This document shows positions 1 through 10,914 of a DNA stretch of 64,000 nt, piece by piece. The notes beneath the pieces are model-generated. The model saw only the letters and a program-made list of their open reading frames with translations, ran no database searches and was not told the origin of the DNA. Made by a program: the position numbers and the translations under genes. Source of the DNA: Selaginella moellendorffii (taxonomy: Eukaryota > Plantae > Lycopodiophyta); the NCBI RefSeq assembly GCF_000143415.4, contig NW_003314332.1:868001-932000 (forward strand), in the 5' to 3' direction. Each line of letters starts with the position of its first letter. Within the stretch, counting starts at the first letter, position 1.

Positions 1-560
1 TTCTCCTAACGCAGGAGGATTGCTTGACTATGGTCCATGTGAGGGGTAGCAAGCCCATCTTCGTCAAGCCAGAGGCTGTAGTGATGAACCGGACTGCTAG
101 CTCAAGTGAAATCCTCATCATCGATGACTCGCCAATTAAAACTGTAGCGAACATGCACACATATGCAGTGCACCCCATCTCTTGCAGTATGGAAACTAGG
201 GAGAAGAAACCGTATGTTCTGGGGGACCTTGCAAAACGGCTTGGAGCGATGGTGATAGAGAACCGGCCAGTCCAGGAGGTGGCTGTAGAAATCAATCAAA
301 TGGCAGATGGAACGGTATATCAGAAGCCATTTGATCGGACAGACACCAGTCATCATTTATGGCATGTATATTGTCTAGCCAAGCACTATCCGCATCTCCA
401 TAATCTGCTCAACCGGATGGGTTCTTCGACCACTGAACATGAGCGTGGACGTATTAGAGAAGAGATGGCATTACTATTGGGTTTAAATCCTGATAGTGTG
501 GAGAGTGATGAAATTCCAAGATTATTGTATAGGCGTTGGAGGCAAAAAATAACAGTCTGA
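1..560 (+). CDS. C-terminal part of FCP1/NIF-like HAD domain cargo protein (5' end outside window)
   Basis: Nearly identical to the C-terminus of ORF 15364-16248; IIDDSPIK motif. Confidence 0.7.
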   Translation, partial: LLTQEDCLTMVHVRGSKPIFVKPEAVVMNRTASSSEILIIDDSPIKTVANMHTYAVHPISCSMETREKKPYVLGDLAKRLGAMVIENRPVQEVAVEINQMADGTVYQKPFDRTDTSHHLWHVYCLAKHYPHLHNLLNRMGSSTTEHERGRIREEMALLLGLNPDSVESDEIPRLLYRRWRQKITV

Positions 561-1000
561 GATGGCATGTATTTATTTAAAAATGTAACTTATTATGGCA
601 TGGGGTTCCATGCCATTGTATTAATATTAAAAGACAATTCTTTGAGAGGATTTGCATTATACTAGAAGTGTTACAGCATGTTATTGGAAGTCTACGAAGT
701 TGTTTTATTAATAAGGGGAAAGTAAAGATTGAATGAGGACTTGGGCTCCACCTAGACTCGGAGCAACTGAGCCAATATTAAAAGGATGGAAAGAAATTGG
801 ACGACGATGACAAGGAGAAGAGAGAGGTGAAGCAGTGGCAGGGGGAGGAGAAGTGATTGAGTAGACATTTCCTTGTTTAAAATAAAATGGCATGTGCCTC
901 AATGCAATTGAATTTTGTTATATTTATATACTATATAAAGGTTTGGAAACCTTATTTTACAAGTGGGATAATGACAATTCCCACTTTAATGAAATAGAGC
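1..1000. mobile_element. Right end of a second copy of the Sola-like DNA transposon, inserted in a family-A LINE
   Basis: Near-identical to 15689-16688. Ends in the TIR TCCCACTTTAATGAAATAGAGC (979-1000), followed by family-A ORF2 sequence. Confidence 0.93.
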
Positions 1001-1210
1001 TTACATCCTGTGTTCCGAGATGGTTAATCCGTAGAAAGCACTGATTCGGTCGCGGTTGTGGGCCATCTGGTTGGGCTGGATCATGGTGTCTGCCTCTATG
1101 AAGGTTCTCATCCCTGCTCTGTGCAGGTCTCTGCATGTCTGGTCCAGGCCGCGATCCTCTGAAGCTCCGAGCGTTTTACCCTTGACAGCAAAGAGTTTGC
1201 TCAGGTTCGT
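1001..1210 (-). mobile_element. Element E1: fragment of 5'-truncated family-A non-LTR retrotransposon
   Basis: Matches family-A ORF2 at about 24924-25125; followed by the target copy at 1211-1225. Confidence 0.85.
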
Positions 1211-1225
1211 CTAGTCCGACTTTGT

Positions 1226-1450
1226 CAATGGGGTTTTAATTAGTTTAGCCTCTATAAACCATAGAGTCCGATTTCGACATGCTCGAAACCGGGAAAGAGC
1301 TCTTCAAGATTTTTAGGTGGGGTGGGACGAGGGGGACAAAGTAGAACTGGTACTCGAGCCCGTGATGTCCGATGTCCAAGCTTCCGAAGTTCCTGGTGTG
1401 GAACTCTGTCGACTCGGGGAGGTACACGTGCCTTCGTTCTTGAACATGTG
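1226..1450 (-). mobile_element. Element E2: 225-bp 5'-truncated family-A LINE (3' tail only)
   Basis: Begins CAATGGGGTTTTAATTAG like the other A copies; flanked by CTAGTCCGACTTTGT (1211) and CTAGTCTGACTTTGT (1451). Confidence 0.92.
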
Positions 1451-1546
1451 CTAGTCTGACTTTGTTAAACGGGGCCTTTTATTTTCCAGTAAAAAACCAA
1501 AAAGACTGGGCATGGTTTCGTTGGGCACAAAACCAGCAAAGAGCCT

Positions 1547-3175
1547 TTATCTAGAGGAGCCTACAATGGAAGTACCAACGGAAAGGGGGGTTGCTCGTGA
1601 ACTGGCGCCCGAAGGTCTTCCGAGATGCGTCACCTGGAACCATTCATCCAGCAGTGTCCACATCCATTCCCGAGTACCTGCCTCCCCTTGCTTCCACAAA
1701 AAATGCCAGATCTGTGCTTCTTTTCTTGCTTTTTCAGGACCATTTCTTCCTCCTCTCTTTTCCAGTTGTAGGACCCGGGCTGCTGCTGCAGTTATCATTC
1801 TAGACCACACCCGTGACGCTACCACCCTTGGTCCTTCTTCCCTGTCGTTAAAGATTCTGTTGCACCGGGCTTTCCATACTTCCCACATTGTAATTCCTCT
1901 CAATAGGTCCATTATCTCTGTTGGAATTCCTTCTGTGTCTATTCGAGTTGTGTTGAGCTGATCAAACCGCGGTGCCCCTTCTTCTATTGCTGCCCATTTC
2001 CAAGAGTCTGTTCCATTTCGCATTCCTGTGGCAGCTTCGCCCCACACTGCCGCTTCATATGTGAGGCACACTTGTCTTTGGGAGTGCTGTTGCGGCATCC
2101 AGCATGTGCTTCTCCACACGTCCTGTGCGCTTTTGCATTCCCATAGTATGTGCCTTTGTGTCTCCCTCGCTCCACATTTGTCACAAGTTTGGTCCAAGAG
2201 GTGTATGTTCCGCTTTGATGGCAGCCAGTCTTGCATTGTCAACCACATGAAGTATCTTGTTTTTGCTGCCCACCATCCTTTCCATAGTTCTTTCAATATC
2301 GCCTGTTGTATCTTGTCCTGTATGTTGGCTCGTTTCATCCTTGATACCAGTAGTGAGTCACTGCGCGGCCGAATGAGCCTTCTCCCCAGTCTTGTTTCGT
2401 AGGCAAAAAATTCTTCCTTTTGCCTTCCCCGCCAATTCCATTCCATCGGATCCCATGCCAGCTTGCTTAATTTTTGTTGCCTGAACCAGTACATCATAGC
2501 TTCCTGGCACTCTGTTACCATTGGGTCCATTGATGCTGTTTTCTTGTCTAACCGTATGACTCGTATCGGCTCTGCTCTTGACATGTCCGGTCGTGAGCTC
2601 TCCTCGGGCACCTTGTATGGTAACAGTCTACCAGCCACCCCAACCTCGAAGACAAAACATTTCGCCTGGTCTTTAGTTGCCGTATATATCACCTTGTCCT
2701 CAGCTATCCACCATGCTGGTGTCGTTTCTCTGGCTTCCCTAATGCTCTGTTTGCAGTTCCCTTGCGCATCTTCCAAGGCTGTTTCAAACTTTTTCAGCCG
2801 GTGTGCCGAGATTTCCAGCCCGTAGAAAGCCTTTAGTCTATCTCTGTTCATTTCTGTGTCCCCCACTTTTATCATCGAGTCAGCTTCTGCAAATGTTCTC
2901 ATCCCAGCACTGTGAAGGTCCCGGCATACTTTGTCTATTCCTCTGTCCTCTATTTCTCCCAAACATTTCCCCTTATATTGAAATAGCTTATTTAGAAATA
3001 TTGGTTGTCGGTCCAACTCGTAGGTGTTTGTTGGTTTTCTTTTTTCCATCTTGCTCTTGAATTCTTTCCACAATCTGAACAGTTTCCCAGAGAAAGTATT
3101 TGGTCTTGGCATTTTCAGCGCACGTGAACAGCCACCTTTCATCTTTTTCCCAGTTTTGCCTCGTGTGTTCTAGTC
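1547..3175 (-). pseudogene. Family-B ORF2 C-terminal part (zf-RVT-type zinc finger)
   Basis: CDKCGARETQRHILWEC and EVWKARCNRIF motifs; apparent frameshift near 3120. Confidence 0.88.
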
Positions 3176-4806
3176 AATGCTCTATTTCGTTAAAGTGGGA
3201 TTTATTCAGTAAAATGGGACTAGGTACAAATTTTCAAGTATTTGAAAATGACGTGAAATTATATGTTATTTGTCCAAGGGCTAGACATATCTGGGGCATG
3301 GTGACTAGCGCGGTGACTTTATGTCCAGACTGAGTCCATCTGGTTGTATAATAAATCTCATTGTCAAGGTGAACAAGCCGAATCTGAAGCTAAAGAAGAG
3401 CGATAGCATGCGCGCATACACTATTTGTTTGTTCATTGAGCGTGTGGTGAGCTTTCCAAGATGAACGTCATTCCTATTAGCCAGACATATAACTTAATGG
3501 TGAGAACATTTAGATATTATTCAATGTTATCTTTTTCTAACGAATCTAATTGTGAAGGTGTAGCAAGAGGCATTGCTAGTCTGGAGAAGTCATTTAACTC
3601 ATTTGACCTTAGTGTATTTTCATGAAACTAAATAACATTCATATTATTAAGGAATTTCTCTAGTACCTTTTTTTTAGGACATAAAGGCTTGCATTTCTTT
3701 CAAAGGTGATTTAGTAAAAGGCCTGAGGGCACATGCCATTCTATTTCTCAGACCGGTATTAAGATATACTAGTGCAAAGGGAAAAAGGTATTTGGTGATC
3801 AAGTAAATGGCATGAGGGCACACGCCATTATAAGCCTAAGCGCTAGTGGACACCTCCTTTTTGGTACTCTCAGTGGTACTATCATCCTTCTCCGGGTCAG
3901 TTGTTTTGCTTTGGATTGTTGTCTCTGACGTTATTGGGGCGTTCTCGATAGTTGTTAATGTTGCCGTTTGTTCAGAAAAATGATCACCTGGAGTATAGTA
4001 CGGGGAGTTTGGAAGACTTATATATTCTACATCTTCACCTATCTCCTTCTCCGTCTCCTTTTCTGCCTCACTTACAGATTTTGTGCTTGCCATGAGAACG
4101 CTCTTCACCCTAAAATATGGAGTTCGTTGTGTTATAAAAGGAAACCAACACACATGCTGCAAGGGAATGATGGTACATAAAGCACGTAAGCCCACAATAT
4201 GGGTTTATGTGCCATTAATATGGGCCACACGCCATATTATTAGATTTATGCACGTGTGATTGGTAAATGCATATGTCACATCATCTTTGTTTTACCTCAC
4301 ACACTATATCAGGCCTAATGAACCATATCACATGTGCGCACATGCTATATATATGGAGAAGTATTATGCAAGGATAGAAAAATTCAATGCATGATTGTGG
4401 AGAGCAATGGCATGAAGCCACATGCTAAATAACATTTTAGAGAAAGAATTAAAATAAAAACATGCAAACAGTACTGAGTGGACCAAGACTTAGAAGTGCA
4501 CAATTGAATGAGGTATTTCTAATAAATATTTCACTCACCTCATATAGGAATGGCTACCACTCTCAAATGGCGTATCGCCTCATGCCATCACCTCGCAATT
4601 TGTTATAACAATCCGATGAATTCATATTCGGCTTGTTCACCTTAAACTTTAAGTAAGATTTGCTAGAACAACTAAGAATTTATACTTGCTATTTGTATCA
4701 TCTCACCTAGGAATGGCGTAAGGCCACATGCCATCACGCCTCCTCTGATTCAGATTCGGATTGTTCACCTTGAAATAAAATACATTAAAAACTTAGTAAA
4801 GGAATA

Positions 4807-7800
4807 TTAATGAATCTCACCTTGAACCCGGGTTATGAATGCTCTTGCTGCATCTCTTGCATGGTCTGGCAAGGTGATGGTGGCACTCTGCTTCCGCATC
4901 CAACCATGCACAACATTATCCACCGATATGCTCATGCTGGGATCCCTTGGATTCAGCACCCATTTCTTTTCTAGGCAATCCTTCGTATATCTGGAACTTG
5001 GCTTGAACCACTCCACAGTTACATTGAAGGAGTTAGTTTCCGCGTCCTCCTCTACATTAGTGATGCAGTGCCCCACCCATATCATTTGTTTTTTATTACT
5101 GGGTCTGACAAGCACGACCATTCCTTTGCAGACCTGTACTGGATTGAATGCTGAATCCGGCTTCTTGTTCCTCGGCCCACAATAGTGATCCTCAACATCG
5201 TTATCTGTCACTGCATTTCCAGAGGACATTGTTCCGCTACTATCTGGTGCTCTGGGTTCTGGCCAAAAGGACTCTTCCAATTCTTCATATACAACCGGCC
5301 CATTTTGGATAGCAGATATAATCTTCTCCCAGTATTCGAGCAAAGGCTTGCACCTCTTAAAATAGGATTCTCCACCAAACACCAACCCCCTCTTCCAGAA
5401 GGCAATATGCTGTCTAATCCCGGCCACTATACTTTCCTGGTCTTTGAGTCCATCCGGGTGCATCGGCCGTGAGGAACCCTGAGGAATCATAGGTTCCCCA
5501 GTTATGGGATCTCTCTTGAAGAGTTCAATGCCGTCCACTGGCAGCCACACTGTGTCCCATTCTCTCATCTTGTACCTCATCACTGGAGCACCGTCACACA
5601 TGCTGAAATGAAACTGAAGAGGCTTGGAGTGGCCAATCAGCATTTCGGATCCATCCCTGATGTAGCCTCTTACAAACCCCTTAAAGTCTAGAACCTCTGT
5701 AAGAAGTGCAGCTTCAACAGTGCCTTTGATGCAATTTTGGAATTCATCGTAGAGTTGTGGGAGGGTGAGGACATTGGATCGCCGGAGGGACTCTGCCAGG
5801 TGACTGAACATGGCATCGATGTCTTCATGAGTGTGCCCAACCATGAGAAAGCCAAGTGTAACCGTTTCAAATATGCCTTTGGCAACAAGCATCGCCAAGT
5901 ACGCAAAGACGTACATGTTTTTGTTCTCATTGCCAGCATTGTCTGTTTGGAGCAGAAGATGGGGTGGAAGGCCACATCGGCCGCAAGAACTTCCTTGAGA
6001 TTCTGTTTCATTTGGATGAGGCTGTGCATTCACCGGGCGACCAGCCTCGACGGAATGTCATGAGGCCTCACGTGATAACCCTACAATCTGACGGCCAACA
6101 TATTCACTGGGATGGCATGGGGCCCCACGCGATACTGCAAGCCTTTGCTCCTCCTCCAGCTGAACCCTGTATGGGGTTTGATCGACAAGGGCCTTATGCA
6201 AGGGTTGGCTGTTCAGCTCAGTCTGCGCACTTTGCAGAGACCTTAAGTGTTTTGCTAGGGACGCAATCATCATGTTTGCACCCCCGCCACCCCATAGAGG
6301 TACAAAGAAGTTCCCATAGTTCTGGGCACCATGCCCATGAGCGATTATGCCATACAGAGACACAGGCAGCTGCATGGATGAAGAGATTGCCTTGGGGGCA
6401 GGATTGAGTCGAGGTAAGCACGTCTTTTTCTGGTCCATTTTGTCGTGAATGATGCAGAGGTAAGAGTCAGGTCTCTCCATGGAGAGAATCCTGTTATGAT
6501 AATATGCAGTCCTGCAGCTTCTCTGCTCGATGTTGTGGTCGAACCAACGTCTCTCGCTCTTGAGCGCTGCAAAAATTCTTTGACAAAGCCATTTTGATAG
6601 CAGTGCACTCGTCACACTTTGAAAAGCTGGAGTACTTTCCTATACTCACATCCCTGAACCTGTTGCTCCACAATCTACTAAATCTAGATTGGCTCAGCTT
6701 CCTGTAGCCATTACTCTAGAGTTCCCGATTCACATCTTCCAATATGGCCCCCTTGGTATACATGGAAGGGAGAACTCGTTGGGTGTCTCGTGTTCCATCT
6801 TCCAAGAGGCGGGTTTTATGTGGTTGCTGCTCGCTACATATCTCGACAAACCTCTTGAAGATTGCCTCTCCATATACAACATGGCCCCTAGTTTCGTGCA
6901 TACCGTCGTTCCCATGGACTGCCTGTTGAACCCTTTGTTCCTCGAACTCAGTTTTGATTCTGTAGAATGTGGTTCGAGGGACTCCATAAATGATTTTCCA
7001 TGCCTTCATGCAGACCAAACCCCTCTGGAAGACCATGCCCCCCACCTGATGTTCTGAAGCATCAACAGATGACCGTACTGCCTTATACACAAAATTGCGA
7101 GCTACCTTCTAGGACAATGTCTTGTATCTTGCTCTCTCCTCTTCAATAGCATCCCAATCAACATGTTGACAGCACCTCCTCTTGCAACAAGCAACTGTCG
7201 AGACCATTTGAACCTCCATCGCCATTTTCTGCCTTTTCGGTTCGTTGCTCAGATCCCTTTGGCTGCGCTGTAGGAAGGTGTACTTTCTTTTCCCATGAAG
7301 AGATGTTCTGTCATCAGTTGTAGTGGTGTTTGATTGTGAATCCTTCACATTCTCAAACACTAAGTGCCTCAATTTCCACCGCACAATGCTTCCAATAGTC
7401 AGACTGTTTTCTTCTGTGTCAACAACCTCTAAAATCGCAACTCCAATATCATCCCAGCCCAATTCTTGATTAGCAACCACATCTCTTGGATCGACAACTG
7501 TGGCTAAGCCCTCAGCTACCACCTCCCCCTCGGGGTTGTTTAGAAACACCTTCGCCTGAATCCATGTAGCACGGTTCTTAAGATCCATGGAGGGAACATG
7601 CGTCGCACTTGCGCTGTCCCCAACATCTGCTTTCTTCTGAAGATTTTTCAAGGCAACAACAACATTTACCCCGACGACCATCTCTCCTCGTTCAATAGCG
7701 ACCACATTCCCATCGAAGACAGTCTCTACTGATACAGCAGCATTGCCTTCCCCAAGCCTTTGACAGTGTATAACAAAGTTTCGATCCATAAACACAAGGG

Positions 7801-7897
7801 TCCCTTTTGCAACTCTCTTCCCACCATTCAATGTAAACCTGTTCCCCAACCCTGAAGGCCATTCTGAAAGTGCAGAAAAGAAGTTAAGACCATACAA
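4807..7897 (-). pseudogene. Sola1-like DDD transposase, disrupted by stops and a frameshift
   Basis: Motifs CCKRRC, FSKCDEC, IIHDKMDQKKTCLP, LQTDNAGNENKN and FLMVGHTHEDIDAMFS. In-frame stops at 7109, 6716 and 6058; frameshift near 6540. Superfamily assignment is from recalled motifs. Confidence 0.75.
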
Positions 7898-8156
7898 AAA
7901 ATGATTGGAGAATGGCCTAAATCATAACATACCAAATAGCATGAGGCCAGATGCCATTATTCAAACATGCTATTGACACCCACGTGAAATTTCGCATTCA
8001 CAAAATTGGCATGAGCCCTCATGCCATTAGTGGTACCACTAATGGCATGAGGCCTCATGCCATTTCTAAATGTGGTCCTAAGCCATTCCATGGTGAACAT
8101 ACCAGGAAGCACAAGTGCCGAATATCAAGAGGAAGCAGTAGCCACACCAAAGACAG

Positions 8157-8345
8157 TGCCGCTCGCAACACCGCAACTACTCGTAGCGCCGCTCGCAACA
8201 CCGCAACTGCTCGTAGCGCCGCTTGCACAAACTACCACTCGCATAAACTGCTGCTCGCAATAGCGCTCGCAATGCCGCAACCGCTCTTAGACGCATAAAC
8301 CACAGCTCACAATGCCGCTTACACAAGCAGCGCTCACTGCGCTTA
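8157..8345. repeat. Degenerate ~30-bp tandem repeat inside the transposon
   Basis: GCCGCTCGCAACACCGCAACT(A/G)CTCGTAGC twice, plus degenerate copies. Confidence 0.7.
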
Positions 8346-9086
8346 GTGGAACCAAGAACACGGCGCACAAAAATGATAGACCTAGGAATGAGTTCGAGAA
8401 TTCAAAAATAACACACGCTTGAACGTCACATCAAATCCTCTGACAAACCAGATCTTATGACTCCTCTGACAAATTTCAAACTGAGTAGCTTCTAGACTTT
8501 GCTGTCGGAGGTTGAACTTTGTCACATCATGTCCTTGCCTCGATCCAACTGTGCCATGTCAGTGATTCGAACTTTGCCATGCCATGTTAACGATCCACGC
8601 CAAGATTATTCGCCGTGTAAAGGAATAATTATGCTGTGTGTGTATGTCCATTTATGGCAATATAAGGCCACACACCATTCAAAGAATAATGCTAGTCGAG
8701 CATTTTTTGGTGCATTTTTGGTTTCAAAATTGCATGAGCCCACACGCTATAAAGTTTACCTGTACCAAAAATAGAAACAGCTTTATTTACTTGGGAATTC
8801 AAGTGGTTGAGGCATTTTTAAACTTACAAACACATGCCCTACTTACATTCATTTGGTTGCTTAAAATTCAAAAATATTATAAACCTTTCTTTTTGCATTT
8901 TTAATGTTTTCAATTATGGTTTTTGATTTTCGCAGAACCAGCCTAGTAATCTATTTGCATCCCGTCATGTTTATAGCTAGCTTTCATTTGTCCCCTTCGC
9001 TAGCCTGAGATACATCTGCTCGGCATCTGCCTCTTATAGCATTTGCCCAGAAAGGGCATCTTTCTTCACGCAACATTTGCCACATG

Positions 9087-9105
9087 TTTAGGGTTTAGGG
9101 TTTAG
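9087..9105 (+). repeat. Short telomeric (TTTAGGG) tract / telo-box in the transposon intergenic region
   Basis: TTTAGGGTTTAGGGTTTAG. Confidence 0.75.
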
Positions 9106-10589
9106 CAATTCAGTAGCTTGATAAACATGCAAATACAGAACTTGATGCAAAATCCTTTGATATGTCACAATGCCCCTAGGACCATAAACACATTTCAATA
9201 GAGAGGGTCCTTTCATTTTATAACTCCTTACGTAGATCTTGGTGAAACCAGAGTTAGTGAAGTTAGTTTCTTGTGATCCCGCATCTGATTGTGATGTCCC
9301 TTTGCAGTGTCGATGGAAAGGTCAATGCACACCAAACTGTAAAATCTTGGAGCAAAATAACGGTCGGATCTATGGCAAATGCCCCTGAAACATTGTAAGG
9401 CTCGTGTGGTCTCATGTGGTGTCCGATCGAGATGCTTCTTTGCAGGGTCATCAAGAAGGACATTGTATACCATTCTGTAAAATCTAGTTGCGATCTAACG
9501 GTTGGATCTCCAGAAAACTCAAAAAAATCTCGCGTGTGTCAAAATATCCTAGGAATATACTCCTATGTGACCCTGAAAATGGCATGCGGCCCCACGCCAT
9601 TCAAGAGATAACGCCAGATGACACTGAGAATTTTTTGGTGCATTTTTTGGGTTCAAAATTGCATGAGCCCACACGCTATAAAGTTTATCTTTGCCAAATA
9701 GAGAAAAGTTTATCTGTGTCATGTGAGGTAGTTACAGTCCTTTGTGCTCGGCATCTGCCTCTTGCAGCATTTGCACTGAAAGGGAATTTTTCTCCATTCA
9801 ACATTTGGCCCTGAAAATGGCATGCGCCCACACGCCATTCAAGGAATAACGCCACAGGACGCCTGGATTTTTGGGTTTAAAATGTTTAGGGTTTTTTGGG
9901 TTTTTTCAAAATAATTTGGGTCCAATGTTTTTTGGGTTTCTTTGGTTCAAAATTGCATGAGCCCACACGCTATAATATTGATTTGAGAGAAAAATAGAAA
10001 CAGATAGAATTTCTTTATTTAGCTGAACATCTGCCATTTTTGGAAATACAAGATGCTTTGGAATATCCATTCATGCATGGTATAAATATAGCGAGGGTAT
10101 TAAATGATATCCCAATCATGATCTTTCTTTTGGATTTCGCGTGCATGCAATCCGAGGAATGATGACGTTGCGGATTTCTTTTGGATTTTGCGTGCTTGCA
10201 TGCACGCGGCAATCCAGAAATTAATGGTGGCGCCCAAGTCCGAGGAATGATGACGTGGCGGGATTACCAACCGTTGTGACATTTCGCGCGTGTGAGGTTA
10301 GGTTTTGCATTTTGCTTCATTCTCGCGCTCGCATCACACTCACGCTCGCATCGCGCTCCCACTCGCGATCACGCTCACATTCGCGCTCATCTACCTTCTC
10401 TACAGGTTTCTCGTGTGCATCGGCGTCCACTCGCGCTTGCATCACACTAGCGCTCGCATCGCGCTCGTGTGCATCGGCGTCCACTTCAAGACACACCCAG
10501 TTTGTAACTTCGCTGCCAACTCCGCCGCCCACTCCGCCACCCACACGCAACCCACTTGGCGTCCCGGGAGATTTCAGCGCCACTCTCCA

Positions 10590-10630
10590 ACTGTTAAGTG
10601 GCAGAGTAGCCTTGCTGCTACGATCCGCTG
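10590..10630 (+). other. ~40-nt fragment of the 25S rRNA 3' region embedded in the transposon
   Basis: TAAGTGGCAGAGTAGCCTTGCTGCTACGATCCGCTG matches 47498-47533 at 35/36. Confidence 0.88.
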
Positions 10631-10914
10631 CACACATAGTGCACATTCGCCAGCGAGTCTGGCCTCGATTGTCACGCCTCCATTCGGCTTCAAATGGTAA
10701 GTCTTTTAGGCCAAGTAGAAAATGGCATGAGGCCACATGCCATTCAGTAGCAACATTGGCATGCACCGATTGGGCTCTCGAGTGCAGTCCGGTTACAGAT
10801 GGCGTGTAGCCTCACGCCATCTTAGGATGCAGCCTCAAGACATCTGATGCAGTGGTGAATGGCGTGTGGCCTCACGTTATTTCCAGCTGCTAGCTTTTCA
10901 TCTGTCAGCTCTAA

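Noticed and set aside
3836-4195. 119-aa minus-strand ORF in the transposon
   Set aside because: Low-complexity T/E-rich sequence with no recognisable motif; cannot be supported as a gene.
10255-10809. Overlapping ORFs of 131-184 aa
   Set aside because: Arise from low-complexity CGCAT/CTCG repeats; likely promoter or 5' UTR.
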